Assembly (NCBI GenBank): GCA_007376485.1
Contig: VMGJ01000003.1
Location: forward strand, 81,252-145,251
Direction of reading: 5' to 3'
Source: Parcubacteria group bacterium Licking1014_17
Lineage (GTDB): Bacteria; Patescibacteriota; Minisyncoccia; 2-02-FULL-40-12; IGHO2-01-FULL-4-A
Length of the DNA: 64,000 nucleotides
How positions within the stretch are numbered: the stretch's first letter is position 1; each line of letters opens with the position of its first letter. A program made the translations under genes and the position numbers. The notes under the pieces were generated by a model. It was not told where the DNA came from and did not search any database. It saw nothing but the letters and a program-made list of their open reading frames with translations. Below are positions 9,058-18,147 of this stretch, in pieces.

Positions 9058-9077
9058 CTCGTGCATTTCTGCACGAG
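9058..9077 (-). terminator. 8-bp GC-rich hairpin with a GAAA loop, about 60 nt 3' of VR1 and followed by TTTTGTTTTG. It is either the target-gene terminator or a DGR homing hairpin
   Basis: ctcgtgca-gaaa-tgcacgag on the minus strand. A GC-rich stretch lies between the VR end and the hairpin. Confidence 0.5.
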
Positions 9078-9133
9078 CGGAAGGGCCAAGGGGCCAAGAA
9101 CCAAACGAGGTTCAAGTCCCCAAGGTCAGAGGA

Positions 9134-9799
9134 CTACTTGCGACGGGCGAATACCCAGCGGACGCGGCCAAACCAGAAGACACCAGGGCGGCCGATGCTA
9201 CCGTCGAGCCACAGGTCATCGTCACGGCGTCCGACGTAGAACACCCCGAGGTAGCCGCCCGAGCCCGCAATCGGCTCCATAGCAATCGGGAGCCCCTCGC
9301 CCTTAGGCTGGTCTTTGTATTGCAAACGCAGCTGAGGACCGACTTCGTTGGGGCAGAGCTGGAGACCGAGACTAAGTGCCCGCTCGTAGATGTCCTTGCG
9401 GGTGGCACCGTCTTTGAAGCCAATCTCAGCGACACTGACGTTCACCAGTCCGATTGAGGTTTTCTTGGGGCTTACCTTGAAATCAGGTCCGCCGAGGGTA
9501 TAGTTGCCCCAGTCGCCGATGCGGAAGCCGCCGTTCTTGAGGGCTTCACGGAACTTGCAAGCGTCCGCAAGCCCAGTGCCCAACTTGACGGTCTTCCAGA
9601 TCGGAAAGTTAACCGCTCCGATAACCTGGGGACGCCCGCCATTCTTGAGGAAGGCGGTGAAGCGGCTACCGAACTCGGCGGATGAAAGGTTGATGACTTC
9701 GACCTGGAGCTTGTCTCCATCGAGCTCATCCCAGTTAATCTGGGTTGCGACTCGGGCCGAGATTTCGAGAGCTTGACCGCGTGATACGGCTTTACTCAT
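9134..9799 (-). CDS. DGR variable (target) protein 1. It is cytoplasmic, about 221 aa, with the VR at the C-terminus
   Basis: SD AAAGGAGAAA 7 nt before the ATG (MSKAVSRGQ). The C-terminus ...GRRDDDLWLDGSIGRPGVFWFGRVRWVFARRK is encoded by VR1. Confidence 0.8.
   Translation of the reverse strand: MSKAVSRGQALEISARVATQINWDELDGDKLQVEVINLSSAEFGSRFTAFLKNGGRPQVIGAVNFPIWKTVKLGTGLADACKFREALKNGGFRIGDWGNYTLGGPDFKVSPKKTSIGLVNVSVAEIGFKDGATRKDIYERALSLGLQLCPNEVGPQLRLQYKDQPKGEGLPIAMEPIAGSGGYLGVFYVGRRDDDLWLDGSIGRPGVFWFGRVRWVFARRK
9137..9271 (-). repeat. DGR variable repeat VR1
   Basis: See TR1. The VR runs through the stop codon of the target gene. Confidence 0.85.
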
Positions 9800-9925
9800 T
9801 GTCGTTTCTCCTTTTTCTGCCAGAGGGCTACTATCCGTAGTCATAGCCAGGAAATTCCGATAAATCAGGATCTCCTGGCTATGACTACAATCGCAAGAAG
9901 TATTAAAGAGCGACATTATGTTCTA

Positions 9926-9954
9926 ATGATACTCCGTTTATTTAGTTTTGTCAA
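9926..9954 (-). promoter_or_regulatory. Near-consensus sigma70 promoter for target gene 1 (TTGACA, 17 bp, TATCAT)
   Basis: Read on the minus strand upstream of the target. The 5'UTR also holds an 11-bp hairpin at 9842-9882. Confidence 0.5.
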
Positions 9955-9962
9955 CACACCAC

Positions 9963-9987
9963 AAAACCCTCATTCTATAAGGGTTTT
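9963..9987. terminator. Hairpin aaaaccct-cattctata-agggtttt, probably the terminator of the upstream dedA-GT2 unit. An identical copy lies at 36268-36292
   Basis: Stem flanked by T-runs, and the same sequence sits upstream of target gene 2. Confidence 0.4.
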
Positions 9988-10085
9988 TCATGTAAAACAA
10001 GCCATTGTACTTTGAGGGTTACTGAAGTTGTCGCCCCATCCTCATTAAAACTTCAGAGGGTAAAGCAGTATTTGTACAGTCCAGG

Positions 10086-10238
10086 CTGGAATGTCTTTTC
10101 GGCCGCTTAGAGGCTATGGATTGCTTGGTCGGCAATAGTATAATATCTGGCGTATAGCCAACTATTGCCGAATCCACAGCCTCTAGCGAGTGAGATATTC
10201 CGCCGGAGAATCTTGAACGTGCCGAAAAGACATTCCGG
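10086..10238 (+). ncRNA. Structured element copy B (three-way-junction family)
   Basis: The outer stem ctggaatgtcttttcggc / gccgaaaagacattccgg contains a T-G wobble that is only compatible on the plus strand. It has a long internal imperfect hairpin and a second small hairpin with loop cgccgg. Confidence 0.4.
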
Positions 10239-10275
10239 TCGGACGGGTAGCCCCGAAAAGCGCAATGGCGAGTTT

Positions 10276-10890
10276 TTATTTTTTACCCTTTTTTATATGC
10301 CTCCAAACATACCAAACCAAGCCGATGACGATTAGAGCAATAATTACATACTCAAACTTTTTGAAATACGGCGCCAGGAATTCCCAGTTATTGCCGGCTT
10401 TAAAACCTACGTAGGCCAGCCAGAGATTCCACAAGAATGAGCCCAAAATAGTAGGCAACAGAAAACGCCAGAACGGAATGCGCATGCTACCCAGAGCGAT
10501 ACCACTGACGGTTCTGATGCCAGGCAGAAGGCGCGAAACAAACGCCACCCAAAGCCCGTGCTTCGCCGCCCATTTGTCCACCTTTAAAATATCATCCGTA
10601 TGAATAAACAAAAAATGCCCGTGTTTTTCCACCAAAGGCCGCCCGCCATACCAGCCAAGAAGAAATATTAGCGAAGAGCCGAGTGTATTCGCCAACGTAG
10701 CCGCCAACATCACCAGCCAAAAATTAAATCTCCCCGTTGCGGCCAAAAATCCCGAAAACGGCAGGACAATTTCGGAAGGAATCGGAATCAGGGCGCTTTC
10801 CAAAAATTGGGTAACAAAAATGCCGGCGTAGCCGAAATGGGAAATAACTCCCAACGCCCAACTGGCAAGTGATCCTAAAATGCCGCCCAT
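10276..10890 (-). CDS. DedA/SNARE-associated family membrane protein
   Basis: 204 aa, multi-TM, carrying the FLESALIPIPSEIVLPFSGFLA motif region. Confidence 0.8.
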   Translation of the reverse strand: MGGILGSLASWALGVISHFGYAGIFVTQFLESALIPIPSEIVLPFSGFLAATGRFNFWLVMLAATLANTLGSSLIFLLGWYGGRPLVEKHGHFLFIHTDDILKVDKWAAKHGLWVAFVSRLLPGIRTVSGIALGSMRIPFWRFLLPTILGSFLWNLWLAYVGFKAGNNWEFLAPYFKKFEYVIIALIVIGLVWYVWRHIKKGKK

Positions 10891-11612
10891 CAGGATTTAT
10901 TATACACTTTTTTACAGAGATTGAGGCGGATTTCCAAAATTTCAAAAAGCATTTTTAACATCCCGCTGAATTTCACGTGGCTCCTTTCATAATTCCGCCA
11001 GACAATTGGGGCTTCTTTTATTTTAAATCCCAGCCGGTGGGCAATCGCCAGCGCCTCAACATCAAACGCCCAGCGGGAAATAGTGAGCCGACCAAAAATC
11101 TCCGCGGCGGCTTTAGCGGTAAATAACTTGAAACCGGCTTGCGAATCCTCAACGTCCACCGGAACAATCGTCCGCACGACAAAACGGAAAATCGCGCCCA
11201 GAAAATCGCGGTGCCACGGCTGATGAATGGCAATTTCGGCGCCCTTAATCCGCCTTGAGCCGATAATTACGTCGTAGCCATCTTTGACCCACGGCAAAAA
11301 ATTTTCCACCTGCTCCACAGTGGTGGAGTTATCGGCATCCATAAATATGCGCAAATCCCCATTTGCCTTAAGTATACCATCGCGCACGGCTCCGCCTTTG
11401 CCCTGATTGATTTTATTATCCAGCAAAATTATTTGCGGAAATTGGACCTGTGTTTTTCTCACCGCATCAGCCGTGCCGTCTTTTGAGCCATCATTAACAA
11501 CAATCACTTCGTAATCATACGGCTGTCTTGAAAGATAATCACAAACCAAGCGCAGGGTTTTTTCTATGCGTTTTTCTTCGTTATAGGCAGGAATGATGAC
11601 GGATAAGTGCAT
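10890..11612 (-). CDS. Glycosyltransferase family 2 (polyprenol-phosphate glycosyltransferase, DPM1-like)
   Basis: VIIPAYNEE...VIVVNDGSKDGT...DADNS motifs. Confidence 0.8.
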   Translation of the reverse strand: MHLSVIIPAYNEEKRIEKTLRLVCDYLSRQPYDYEVIVVNDGSKDGTADAVRKTQVQFPQIILLDNKINQGKGGAVRDGILKANGDLRIFMDADNSTTVEQVENFLPWVKDGYDVIIGSRRIKGAEIAIHQPWHRDFLGAIFRFVVRTIVPVDVEDSQAGFKLFTAKAAAEIFGRLTISRWAFDVEALAIAHRLGFKIKEAPIVWRNYERSHVKFSGMLKMLFEILEIRLNLCKKVYNKS

Positions 11613-11616
11613 GGGG

Positions 11617-12420
11617 TTACTTAGCAGATTCTGTAAGGATTCTGGGGCCGTTGGCTGTTATCGCCACTGTGTGTTCAAAATGCGCCGAAAGCGAACCATC
11701 GGCGGTGCGATAGGTAAAGCCGTTCTTGCTTGTCTTTATTCTCCAGTCACCAAGAGACGACATCGGCTCAATCGCTAAAACCATACCGACTTCGAGTTTG
11801 GGACCATCGTTTTGGCTTCCATAATTCGGGATTTTCGGCTCTTCATGCAGGCCTCTGCCCACCCCGTGGCCGACCAATTCTCTGACTATACCCAGCTCGT
11901 TTTTTTCCAAAACTTTTTGTATAGCCGAGCTTATGTGGCCAAGATTATTGCCGGCTACCGCCTGCTTTATACCAGAATTCAAGGCATCTTTTGTCGCTGA
12001 TAAAAGTCTTAATTCTTCGGGATGGCTTTTCGCCCAATTGTCATATTCTCCGGGGTTCAAAACTGGCACCGTCGTGGCCAAATCTAAAATCCACCCTTTA
12101 TATATGACTCCCAGATCAAGACTTATTAAATCTCCGGAATTTAATATAACCGAATTAGATGGTATGCCATGTACCACTTCGTCGTTCACAGAGGTACAAA
12201 TGGAGGCGGGGAATCCTTCAAAACCCAAAAAGGCGGCTCTAACACCGTTTTTTTCTGTAAGCTCTCTTACTTTTGAATCCAAAGTGGCGGTGGTTATGCC
12301 CGGAATAATGTGGTCTACGATTTCATTGAGAATTTCAGCGGCAATTTTGCCGCCCTCCGCCATTTCCTCAATATCTTTTGACGTCTTTAAAATTATCTTT
12401 GACATAGGATGCGATCTCAT
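11617..12420 (-). CDS. map: Methionine aminopeptidase type I
   Basis: Pita-bread fold motifs (GHGVGRGLHEEP, metal ligands), in the conserved position after adk. Confidence 0.9.
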   Translation of the reverse strand: MRSHPMSKIILKTSKDIEEMAEGGKIAAEILNEIVDHIIPGITTATLDSKVRELTEKNGVRAAFLGFEGFPASICTSVNDEVVHGIPSNSVILNSGDLISLDLGVIYKGWILDLATTVPVLNPGEYDNWAKSHPEELRLLSATKDALNSGIKQAVAGNNLGHISSAIQKVLEKNELGIVRELVGHGVGRGLHEEPKIPNYGSQNDGPKLEVGMVLAIEPMSSLGDWRIKTSKNGFTYRTADGSLSAHFEHTVAITANGPRILTESAK

Positions 12421-13081
12421 CGGAAACTTTTTCCAGTTTCTGTTCGCCGTTAATATCTATGACTTTGTATCCTTTCTCCCGCAGAAAGTCCAGCACGGGC
12501 ACGGTTTCCTTTTCGTATGCTTCGTAACGTTCTCTGATGATGTCCGGTTCGTCCAATTTCCTGTGAATCAGCGGCGAGCCGTCCCATGGGCATATTTTCA
12601 AATCTTTGTATTCCGGCGTGTTCGGCACCGGATGCCTGTTTTCTTCGCAAATCCGGCGGTGCCGGTTTCTATCCACAGAAACCTCGAGACTTACGTTGAT
12701 GTGGAAAATCCAAATATTCTCCCTGCCGTAAAGTTCTTCAAAAACCGGCATGTCGGCTTCAGCTTCTTCCACTTTCCTCAACGGACCCGACAAAACCAGA
12801 CTCTTGCCTTCGGCGTGAAGCTTTCTCACGGCGTCAAGCGTCCATTTTATTATCAGTTTCGAATCCAGCAACCCTCCGGATATCCAGATTTTTTTCTGTT
12901 CCTGAATAACTTTGTCGCCGGGCGAAGCGGCGGCAAAATTCTCTTCTATGACTTTAGACATTTCAAACCGCTCAAAACCGAAACGCTGGGCGAAAATTTC
13001 CGCCTGCGTGTCTTTACCCGCTCCGGGAGGAGCGATAAAAGCAACTAATCTTTGGGGTACCATGCATTTACAGTCTACCAC
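12368..13081 (-). CDS. adk: Adenylate kinase (long form with a zinc-lid)
   Basis: P-loop FIAPPGAGKDTQAE and a Cys-containing LID, in the conserved position between secY and map. Confidence 0.75.
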   Translation of the reverse strand: MVDCKCMVPQRLVAFIAPPGAGKDTQAEIFAQRFGFERFEMSKVIEENFAAASPGDKVIQEQKKIWISGGLLDSKLIIKWTLDAVRKLHAEGKSLVLSGPLRKVEEAEADMPVFEELYGRENIWIFHINVSLEVSVDRNRHRRICEENRHPVPNTPEYKDLKICPWDGSPLIHRKLDEPDIIRERYEAYEKETVPVLDFLREKGYKVIDINGEQKLEKVSDEIASYVKDNFKDVKRY

Positions 13082-13089
13082 GGAAATTT

Positions 13090-14349
13090 TTAATACTCAT
13101 ACATGGACAGATGAGCGTTCACGGCTTTAATGACTTCCAAAATAACCGAAACGACGATGAGGATAGATGTGCCGCCGATGGTAAGCACGGTAATGCCGGT
13201 CAGCCCCTTCACAACCGACGGCAATATGGCGATGACGCCAAGAAAAACGGCGCCGACCAAAGTAACTCTATTTAAAAGATGGGTCAAAAATTGTGCCGTC
13301 GGCTGGCCGGGACGGATGCCCGGAATATAGCCGCCCTGTTTCTGGACGTTTTCGGAAATTGATTTGGGGTCAAATGTAACCGCCGTGTAAAAATAAGTGA
13401 ACGCGACAACGAGGATAAAATATAAAGCACCGTAAATCAAGCCGTTCTCCAGGAAACTCTTCAGCGCGCCGGCGATATTTGCCAGCAAAGTTATGTTTGA
13501 AGTGGCAAAAAAAGCGGAAATCATCGTCGGGAATAAAAGCAGTGACAAAGCGAAGATGATAGGCATAACGCCGGCATTATTCACGCGCATTGGCAGATAA
13601 GTGGAAACGCCGCCGTAGATTTTCTGCCCCCTGACCCGGCGGGCGTAATTAATGGGTATATTCCTCTGCGCTTCGGAAAGGTAAACCACACCGGCGATGA
13701 CCACCAGCGCAATGATAACGAAAACAAGATAAGTGAAAAATTGGGTGGATTGGTAGGTAATCTGCCCCTGAACAACGCCGCTAATCAGTCTGCCGACGAT
13801 GCCGGCGAAGATTAAAATAGAAATGCCGTTACCGATATTTTTTTCTGAAATCAGCTCGCCGATCCACATAAGAAAAATCGAGCCGGCGGATGTCGCGGCA
13901 ATAGCCGCGACCCAATCCAAAACACTTAGGCCGCCGATAACGCCCTGCTTCTGGAATAAAATAAGATAAGCGTAGCTTTGGAGAGCCGCCAGTGGCACCG
14001 TGAGCATTCTTGAATACTGGTTTACTTTTTCCCTGCCGGCTTCGCCCTCGTATTTATAAAGCTGTTCCAGAGAAGGAAATATCATGGTCAGCAGCTGCAT
14101 TATGATTGAGGCGGTGATATAAGGACCAACGCCCATCATAACCAGGGAAAAGTTGTCCAAGCCGCCGCCGGTGAACGTGCTGATTAAACTGAAAAACTGG
14201 TTGTTGGCAAAAAAGTTCCGCAACTGGTCCAGATTGACTCCCGGCACCGGAATCGCCCCGACAAGCCGGAAAATAACAAGCATCCCCAGTATGAACAGGA
14301 CGCTGTTTCTTAATTCCGGAATTTTAAATATTCTTAAAATCTTGTCCAT
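13090..14349 (-). CDS. secY: Preprotein translocase subunit SecY
   Basis: 419 aa, 10 TM helices, conserved SecY motifs. Confidence 0.95.
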   Translation of the reverse strand: MDKILRIFKIPELRNSVLFILGMLVIFRLVGAIPVPGVNLDQLRNFFANNQFFSLISTFTGGGLDNFSLVMMGVGPYITASIIMQLLTMIFPSLEQLYKYEGEAGREKVNQYSRMLTVPLAALQSYAYLILFQKQGVIGGLSVLDWVAAIAATSAGSIFLMWIGELISEKNIGNGISILIFAGIVGRLISGVVQGQITYQSTQFFTYLVFVIIALVVIAGVVYLSEAQRNIPINYARRVRGQKIYGGVSTYLPMRVNNAGVMPIIFALSLLLFPTMISAFFATSNITLLANIAGALKSFLENGLIYGALYFILVVAFTYFYTAVTFDPKSISENVQKQGGYIPGIRPGQPTAQFLTHLLNRVTLVGAVFLGVIAILPSVVKGLTGITVLTIGGTSILIVVSVILEVIKAVNAHLSMYEY

Positions 14350-14352
14350 ATG

Positions 14353-14817
14353 CTATTCGGCAACGCTGCCGCCGGCTTCGGCAATTTTCTTGCCGGCGGA
14401 CGCGGAAATTTTTACTCCCGAAAAATTCAGTTTTTTGGTGAGCTTGCCGTCGCCCAGAATTTTTACGCCGTGCTTACCGGTACTTATTATACCGCGTTTC
14501 AAAAGATTTTCCTTGGTCACCGACTCTCCGGCTTTATAAAACTTATCTATGGTTGAAAGATTAATCACGGCCGGCTTCGCGTGGTTTATCCAGTAGGTTC
14601 TGTGCTTGGCTTCAGTCTTTTTTCCGGCTCCTTTCTGTTTCGGGAACAATTTCCAGATCGGATTGTCGCCGCCGCGGAAACCCGGGCGGATGCGATGGCC
14701 CGCGCGCGACTTCTGTCCCTTGCTGCCGTGCCCGGAATAAGTGCCGCGTTTTCCCCCGCGTCCGACCCGTTTGGAATACTTTCTTTTGGTTGTGGATTTA
14801 ACTTCGTGAAGCTGCAT
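14353..14817 (-). CDS. rplO: 50S ribosomal protein L15
   Basis: Glycine/arginine-rich N-terminal region (GRGGKRGTYSGHGSKGQKSRAG). Confidence 0.9.
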   Translation of the reverse strand: MQLHEVKSTTKRKYSKRVGRGGKRGTYSGHGSKGQKSRAGHRIRPGFRGGDNPIWKLFPKQKGAGKKTEAKHRTYWINHAKPAVINLSTIDKFYKAGESVTKENLLKRGIISTGKHGVKILGDGKLTKKLNFSGVKISASAGKKIAEAGGSVAE

Positions 14818-14818
14818 A

Positions 14819-15343
14819 TTATTTGCTATTAACTTTCAAACTTTTAAGCGCTTTCAAAGTAGCTTGGGCGATATTGATTTTGTTTTTGGTGCGCCTGACC
14901 AGCTTCGAAGTGATATTCTGGATGCCCGCCAGTTTGGCAATGGCGCGTACCGGTCCGCCGGCTTTAATGCCGCTTCCGGGACGGGCGGGCTTAAGTATAA
15001 CCATCGCGCTGTGGTATTTACTTGCGGTTTCCCGCGGGATGGTTAACCCGGCCAGCGGGATTTTCATGAGATTCTTGTGGGCTCTGGCGGTAGCTTTCTG
15101 CATCGCCTGCGCCACGTCGACTCCCTGCGCCACGCCGAGCCCCACTTGTCCTTTTTTATCGCCGATAACCAGCGCCACCCTGAAACTGAAGCGTTTGCCG
15201 CCTTTGGTGACTCTGGTCACGCGGGCAATATCCAAAAACTGCGAATCAAATTCTGATTTTTCCCGGGGCGGCCTGGGCCTGCCGCCGAAATCCGATCTGC
15301 GATGATGCCTTATTTCTTTAGTGTTAGTGTTAATTCCATCCAT
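14819..15343 (-). CDS. rpsE: 30S ribosomal protein S5
   Basis: Conserved S5 domains. It is directly followed by L15, with no L30 between them. Confidence 0.9.
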   Translation of the reverse strand: MDGINTNTKEIRHHRRSDFGGRPRPPREKSEFDSQFLDIARVTRVTKGGKRFSFRVALVIGDKKGQVGLGVAQGVDVAQAMQKATARAHKNLMKIPLAGLTIPRETASKYHSAMVILKPARPGSGIKAGGPVRAIAKLAGIQNITSKLVRRTKNKINIAQATLKALKSLKVNSK

Positions 15344-15357
15344 ATTTCAATAATTAT

Positions 15358-15753
15358 TTAAACCTTAATGCCTACGGCGCGCATTGCTTCGGCGATTGCC
15401 TTGATTCTGCCGTGGTACTTATACCCGCCGCGGTCAAAAACGACTTTTTCGATGCCTTTCTTTTTCATGATTTCAGCCAACTGTCCGCCGATCGCCGCCG
15501 CCTTCTGGGTCTTTGTCCCCAATTTGGTTTTCTTGATTCCTTTAATTTCTAAATCGTGAATACTTGCCAGTGTTTTACCCGATTGGTCGTCAACTATTTG
15601 GATGTATATATGGCGGTTGCTTCTGAAAACCGAAATGCGCGGGATTTCCGGCGTTCCGATAATCCGTGAACGCACCCGCTTGTGTCTCGAAATCCTGCCT
15701 GCTCTTTTTTTGTTTTTTATCTTGCTCATCTTAATTGGTTTAGCCGGTGGCAA
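15358..15753 (-). CDS. rplR: 50S ribosomal protein L18
   Basis: Sequence and operon position. Confidence 0.9.
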   Translation of the reverse strand: MPPAKPIKMSKIKNKKRAGRISRHKRVRSRIIGTPEIPRISVFRSNRHIYIQIVDDQSGKTLASIHDLEIKGIKKTKLGTKTQKAAAIGGQLAEIMKKKGIEKVVFDRGGYKYHGRIKAIAEAMRAVGIKV

Positions 15754-16282
15754 CAGCTTTCTTGCCGGCTTTCCTTTTAATAACTTCCTCGCGGTACTTG
15801 ATTCCCGACCCCTTGTACGGCTCCGGCGGCCTCTTGGCTCTTATCAAAGCCGCGATATGCCCGACTTTTTCCTTGTCCGCGCCGGAAATTATAATAACTC
15901 CTTTCTCTGTTTTGAAAGTTATGCCTTCCGGAGTTTTGATTTTTACCGGATGCGAAAAACCTAGATTTAATTCAAGCAAGTCGCCACTCACCGCGGCTTT
16001 AAAACCTATGCCGGTAAAATCCAGGATTTTCTCAAAACCTTTTGAAACTCCGATCACCATATTGGAAAAAAGCGCCCGCCAAAGGCCCCATATCTCGCTT
16101 TGCCCCGCTTTCTCGCCGGCGGGACTAATCATCGCCTTGCCGTTTTCAATTTCAACTTTTATTGAATCCGGAAATTCTCTTTGAAGCGTTCCCTTCGGCC
16201 CATTAGCCGTTATCAAATTACCGTCGATTTTGACATCGACGCCGTCCGGAATAAAAACTGGTTTTTTGCCTATTTTACTCAT
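15740..16282 (-). CDS. rplF: 50S ribosomal protein L6
   Basis: Sequence and operon position. Confidence 0.9.
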   Translation of the reverse strand: MSKIGKKPVFIPDGVDVKIDGNLITANGPKGTLQREFPDSIKVEIENGKAMISPAGEKAGQSEIWGLWRALFSNMVIGVSKGFEKILDFTGIGFKAAVSGDLLELNLGFSHPVKIKTPEGITFKTEKGVIIISGADKEKVGHIAALIRAKRPPEPYKGSGIKYREEVIKRKAGKKAVATG

Positions 16283-16288
16283 AAAAAT

Positions 16289-16684
16289 CTACCAAATTTC
16301 AAACATCACTTCGCCTCCGACTCCTCTCGCGGCGGCGGTTTTATTCGTCATAATACCCAGTGAAGTTGATAAAACAGTTACGCCCTTTCTGCCTAGCTTA
16401 AAAAGTTCACCTTTCCCCGCGTAAATTCTCCTTGATTGGGTAGAAATCATATTGACTCCCGAAATCACGCCCTCGCCGTCGGTATATTTTAATTTGATAT
16501 CCAAAAAATCAAGTTCGCCCTTTCTGCCCTTTTTCTTCTTATTTTCATAGTCGGTGATGTAGCCCGCCGACTTCAAAACTTCGGCGATGTCAGATTTCAT
16601 CCGCGAGGACTGAAAAGTTGCGTTGCTGTGGCCAGCATTCTGGGCATTTTTTATTTTTATAAGCATGTCTGATATCGGGCTCAT
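16289..16684 (-). CDS. rpsH: 30S ribosomal protein S8
   Basis: Sequence and operon position. Confidence 0.9.
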   Translation of the reverse strand: MSPISDMLIKIKNAQNAGHSNATFQSSRMKSDIAEVLKSAGYITDYENKKKKGRKGELDFLDIKLKYTDGEGVISGVNMISTQSRRIYAGKGELFKLGRKGVTVLSTSLGIMTNKTAAARGVGGEVMFEIW

Positions 16685-16686
16685 AA

Positions 16687-16872
16687 TTACCAGCTTGATT
16701 TTTGCACGCCGGGAAGCAAACCTTCGCTCGCAAGTTCACGGAAATGGATACGGCACAAGCCGAACTTTCTCATGTAGCCGTGTTTCCTGCCGCACAAAAA
16801 ACAGCGATTGACTTTCCGCGTCGAAAACTTAGGCTTTTTGTTGGATCTTGCGATTGTTGATTTCTTCGGCAT
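16687..16872 (-). CDS. rpsZ: 30S ribosomal protein S14 type Z (zinc-binding)
   Basis: 61 aa carrying the CxxC...CxxC pattern ([23 protein letters not shown]). Confidence 0.9.
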   Translation of the reverse strand: MPKKSTIARSNKKPKFSTRKVNRCFLCGRKHGYMRKFGLCRIHFRELASEGLLPGVQKSSW

Positions 16873-16887
16873 ATTTAAAAAATCTGA

Positions 16888-17442
16888 TTATTTCCTTTCA
16901 AAAGGAAAGCCCATCAAACTCAATAACTCGGCGCCCTCATCCCTGGATTTGGAGCTGGTCGTTATCGTGATTTGAAACCCGAAAATATCCTTGGCTGATT
17001 CGTAAGAAACTTCCGGAAAAATGGTTTGCTCTCTCAGCCCGATATTGTAGTTGCCTTCCTTGTCAAAGGATGAAACTTTCAATCCGCGAAAGTCCCTCGA
17101 CCGGGGCAACGCGACCGAAATCAACTTATCTATAAAATCATACATTCTGAATCCGCGCAAGGTCACCATAAGACCGACATCCATGCCTTCCCTGACCTTA
17201 AAACCGGCTATTGATTGCTTGGCTTTTCTTACCGCTGGCTTCTGGCCGGTAATCTTCGATATGTCCTCTTTTATCCTGTCAATCAGTTTTTGGTCCTTGG
17301 AAAAACGCCCGATGCCGGCGCCGACAACCACCTTAGTCATTTTGGGCACTGCCATGACACTCTCATAACCGAATTTACTCCGCATGGCGGGAATGACTTC
17401 CTTTCTGTATTTATCCAATAATCTCGGAATTCTATTTTTCAT
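16888..17442 (-). CDS. rplE: 50S ribosomal protein L5
   Basis: Sequence and operon position. Confidence 0.9.
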   Translation of the reverse strand: MKNRIPRLLDKYRKEVIPAMRSKFGYESVMAVPKMTKVVVGAGIGRFSKDQKLIDRIKEDISKITGQKPAVRKAKQSIAGFKVREGMDVGLMVTLRGFRMYDFIDKLISVALPRSRDFRGLKVSSFDKEGNYNIGLREQTIFPEVSYESAKDIFGFQITITTSSKSRDEGAELLSLMGFPFERK

Positions 17443-17455
17443 ATTTCATTAAAAA

Positions 17456-17770
17456 TTATTTAAGTTCACCTTTGCACTTTTTACAAACGCGCACTTTAAC
17501 GGCACCGGTAATAACATACCCGACCCTTGTCTGCTTGCCGCAGTGGGGACAAATAATCTGAGCGTCTGAAGCGTCAACCAGCCGTTCTTTGCCGATTATC
17601 TGACCTTTCTGGCCTTGCTTCTTGGCGCGCTGGTGCTTTTTAACTATATTCAATCCTTCAACCATAATCTTCCCCGACTCCGGAAACGCGAAAAGCACTT
17701 TGCCTTTCTTGCCTTTGTCTTTACCGGCGTTCATTACCACTATATCTCCTTTTTTTATCTTCAATTTCAT
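17456..17770 (-). CDS. rplX: 50S ribosomal protein L24 with a C-terminal CxxC-x-CxxC zinc-ribbon extension
   Basis: KOW-domain N-terminus, then the C-terminal ...ICPHCGKQ...VCKKCKG. Confidence 0.85.
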   Translation of the reverse strand: MKLKIKKGDIVVMNAGKDKGKKGKVLFAFPESGKIMVEGLNIVKKHQRAKKQGQKGQIIGKERLVDASDAQIICPHCGKQTRVGYVITGAVKVRVCKKCKGELK

Positions 17771-17779
17771 ATTTAAACT

Positions 17780-18145
17780 TTAAACTATTTCCTGCGCCAA
17801 GCTTGCTATCGTATCAAAACCTTTTTCTTTGATTTCGCGCGGTATCGGACCGAAAATTCTTCCGCCCTTCGGTTCTTTGCCTTCAAGAATCACCACCGCG
17901 TTATCGTCAAAGCGGATATAGCTGCCGTCGTTCCGCCTGAAATTCGCCCTCTGGCGGACAATCAGTGCTTTGTGAACTTCTTTCTTCTTTACCTGCTTGC
18001 GGGGCTCAGCTTCTTTAACGGAAACCACCGCGATATCGCCAATTCTCCCGTACCTGCGCTTGGATCCGCCCAAAATCTTAATAACGCCAACCTTTTTGGC
18101 TCCGCTGTTATCCGCGACATTAACTATGGAACGTAATTGAATCAT
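17780..18145 (-). CDS. rplN: 50S ribosomal protein L14
   Basis: [12 protein letters not shown] signature. Confidence 0.95.
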   Translation of the reverse strand: MIQLRSIVNVADNSGAKKVGVIKILGGSKRRYGRIGDIAVVSVKEAEPRKQVKKKEVHKALIVRQRANFRRNDGSYIRFDDNAVVILEGKEPKGGRIFGPIPREIKEKGFDTIASLAQEIV

Positions 18146-18147
18146 GT

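Noticed and set aside
11933-13048. 371-aa plus-strand ORF antisense to map/adk, and similar long antisense ORFs in rpoC (42891..43598), EF-Tu (24074..24646) and pgk (6221..6709)
   Set aside because: They are shadow ORFs opposite well-supported conserved genes, with no motifs or translation signals.
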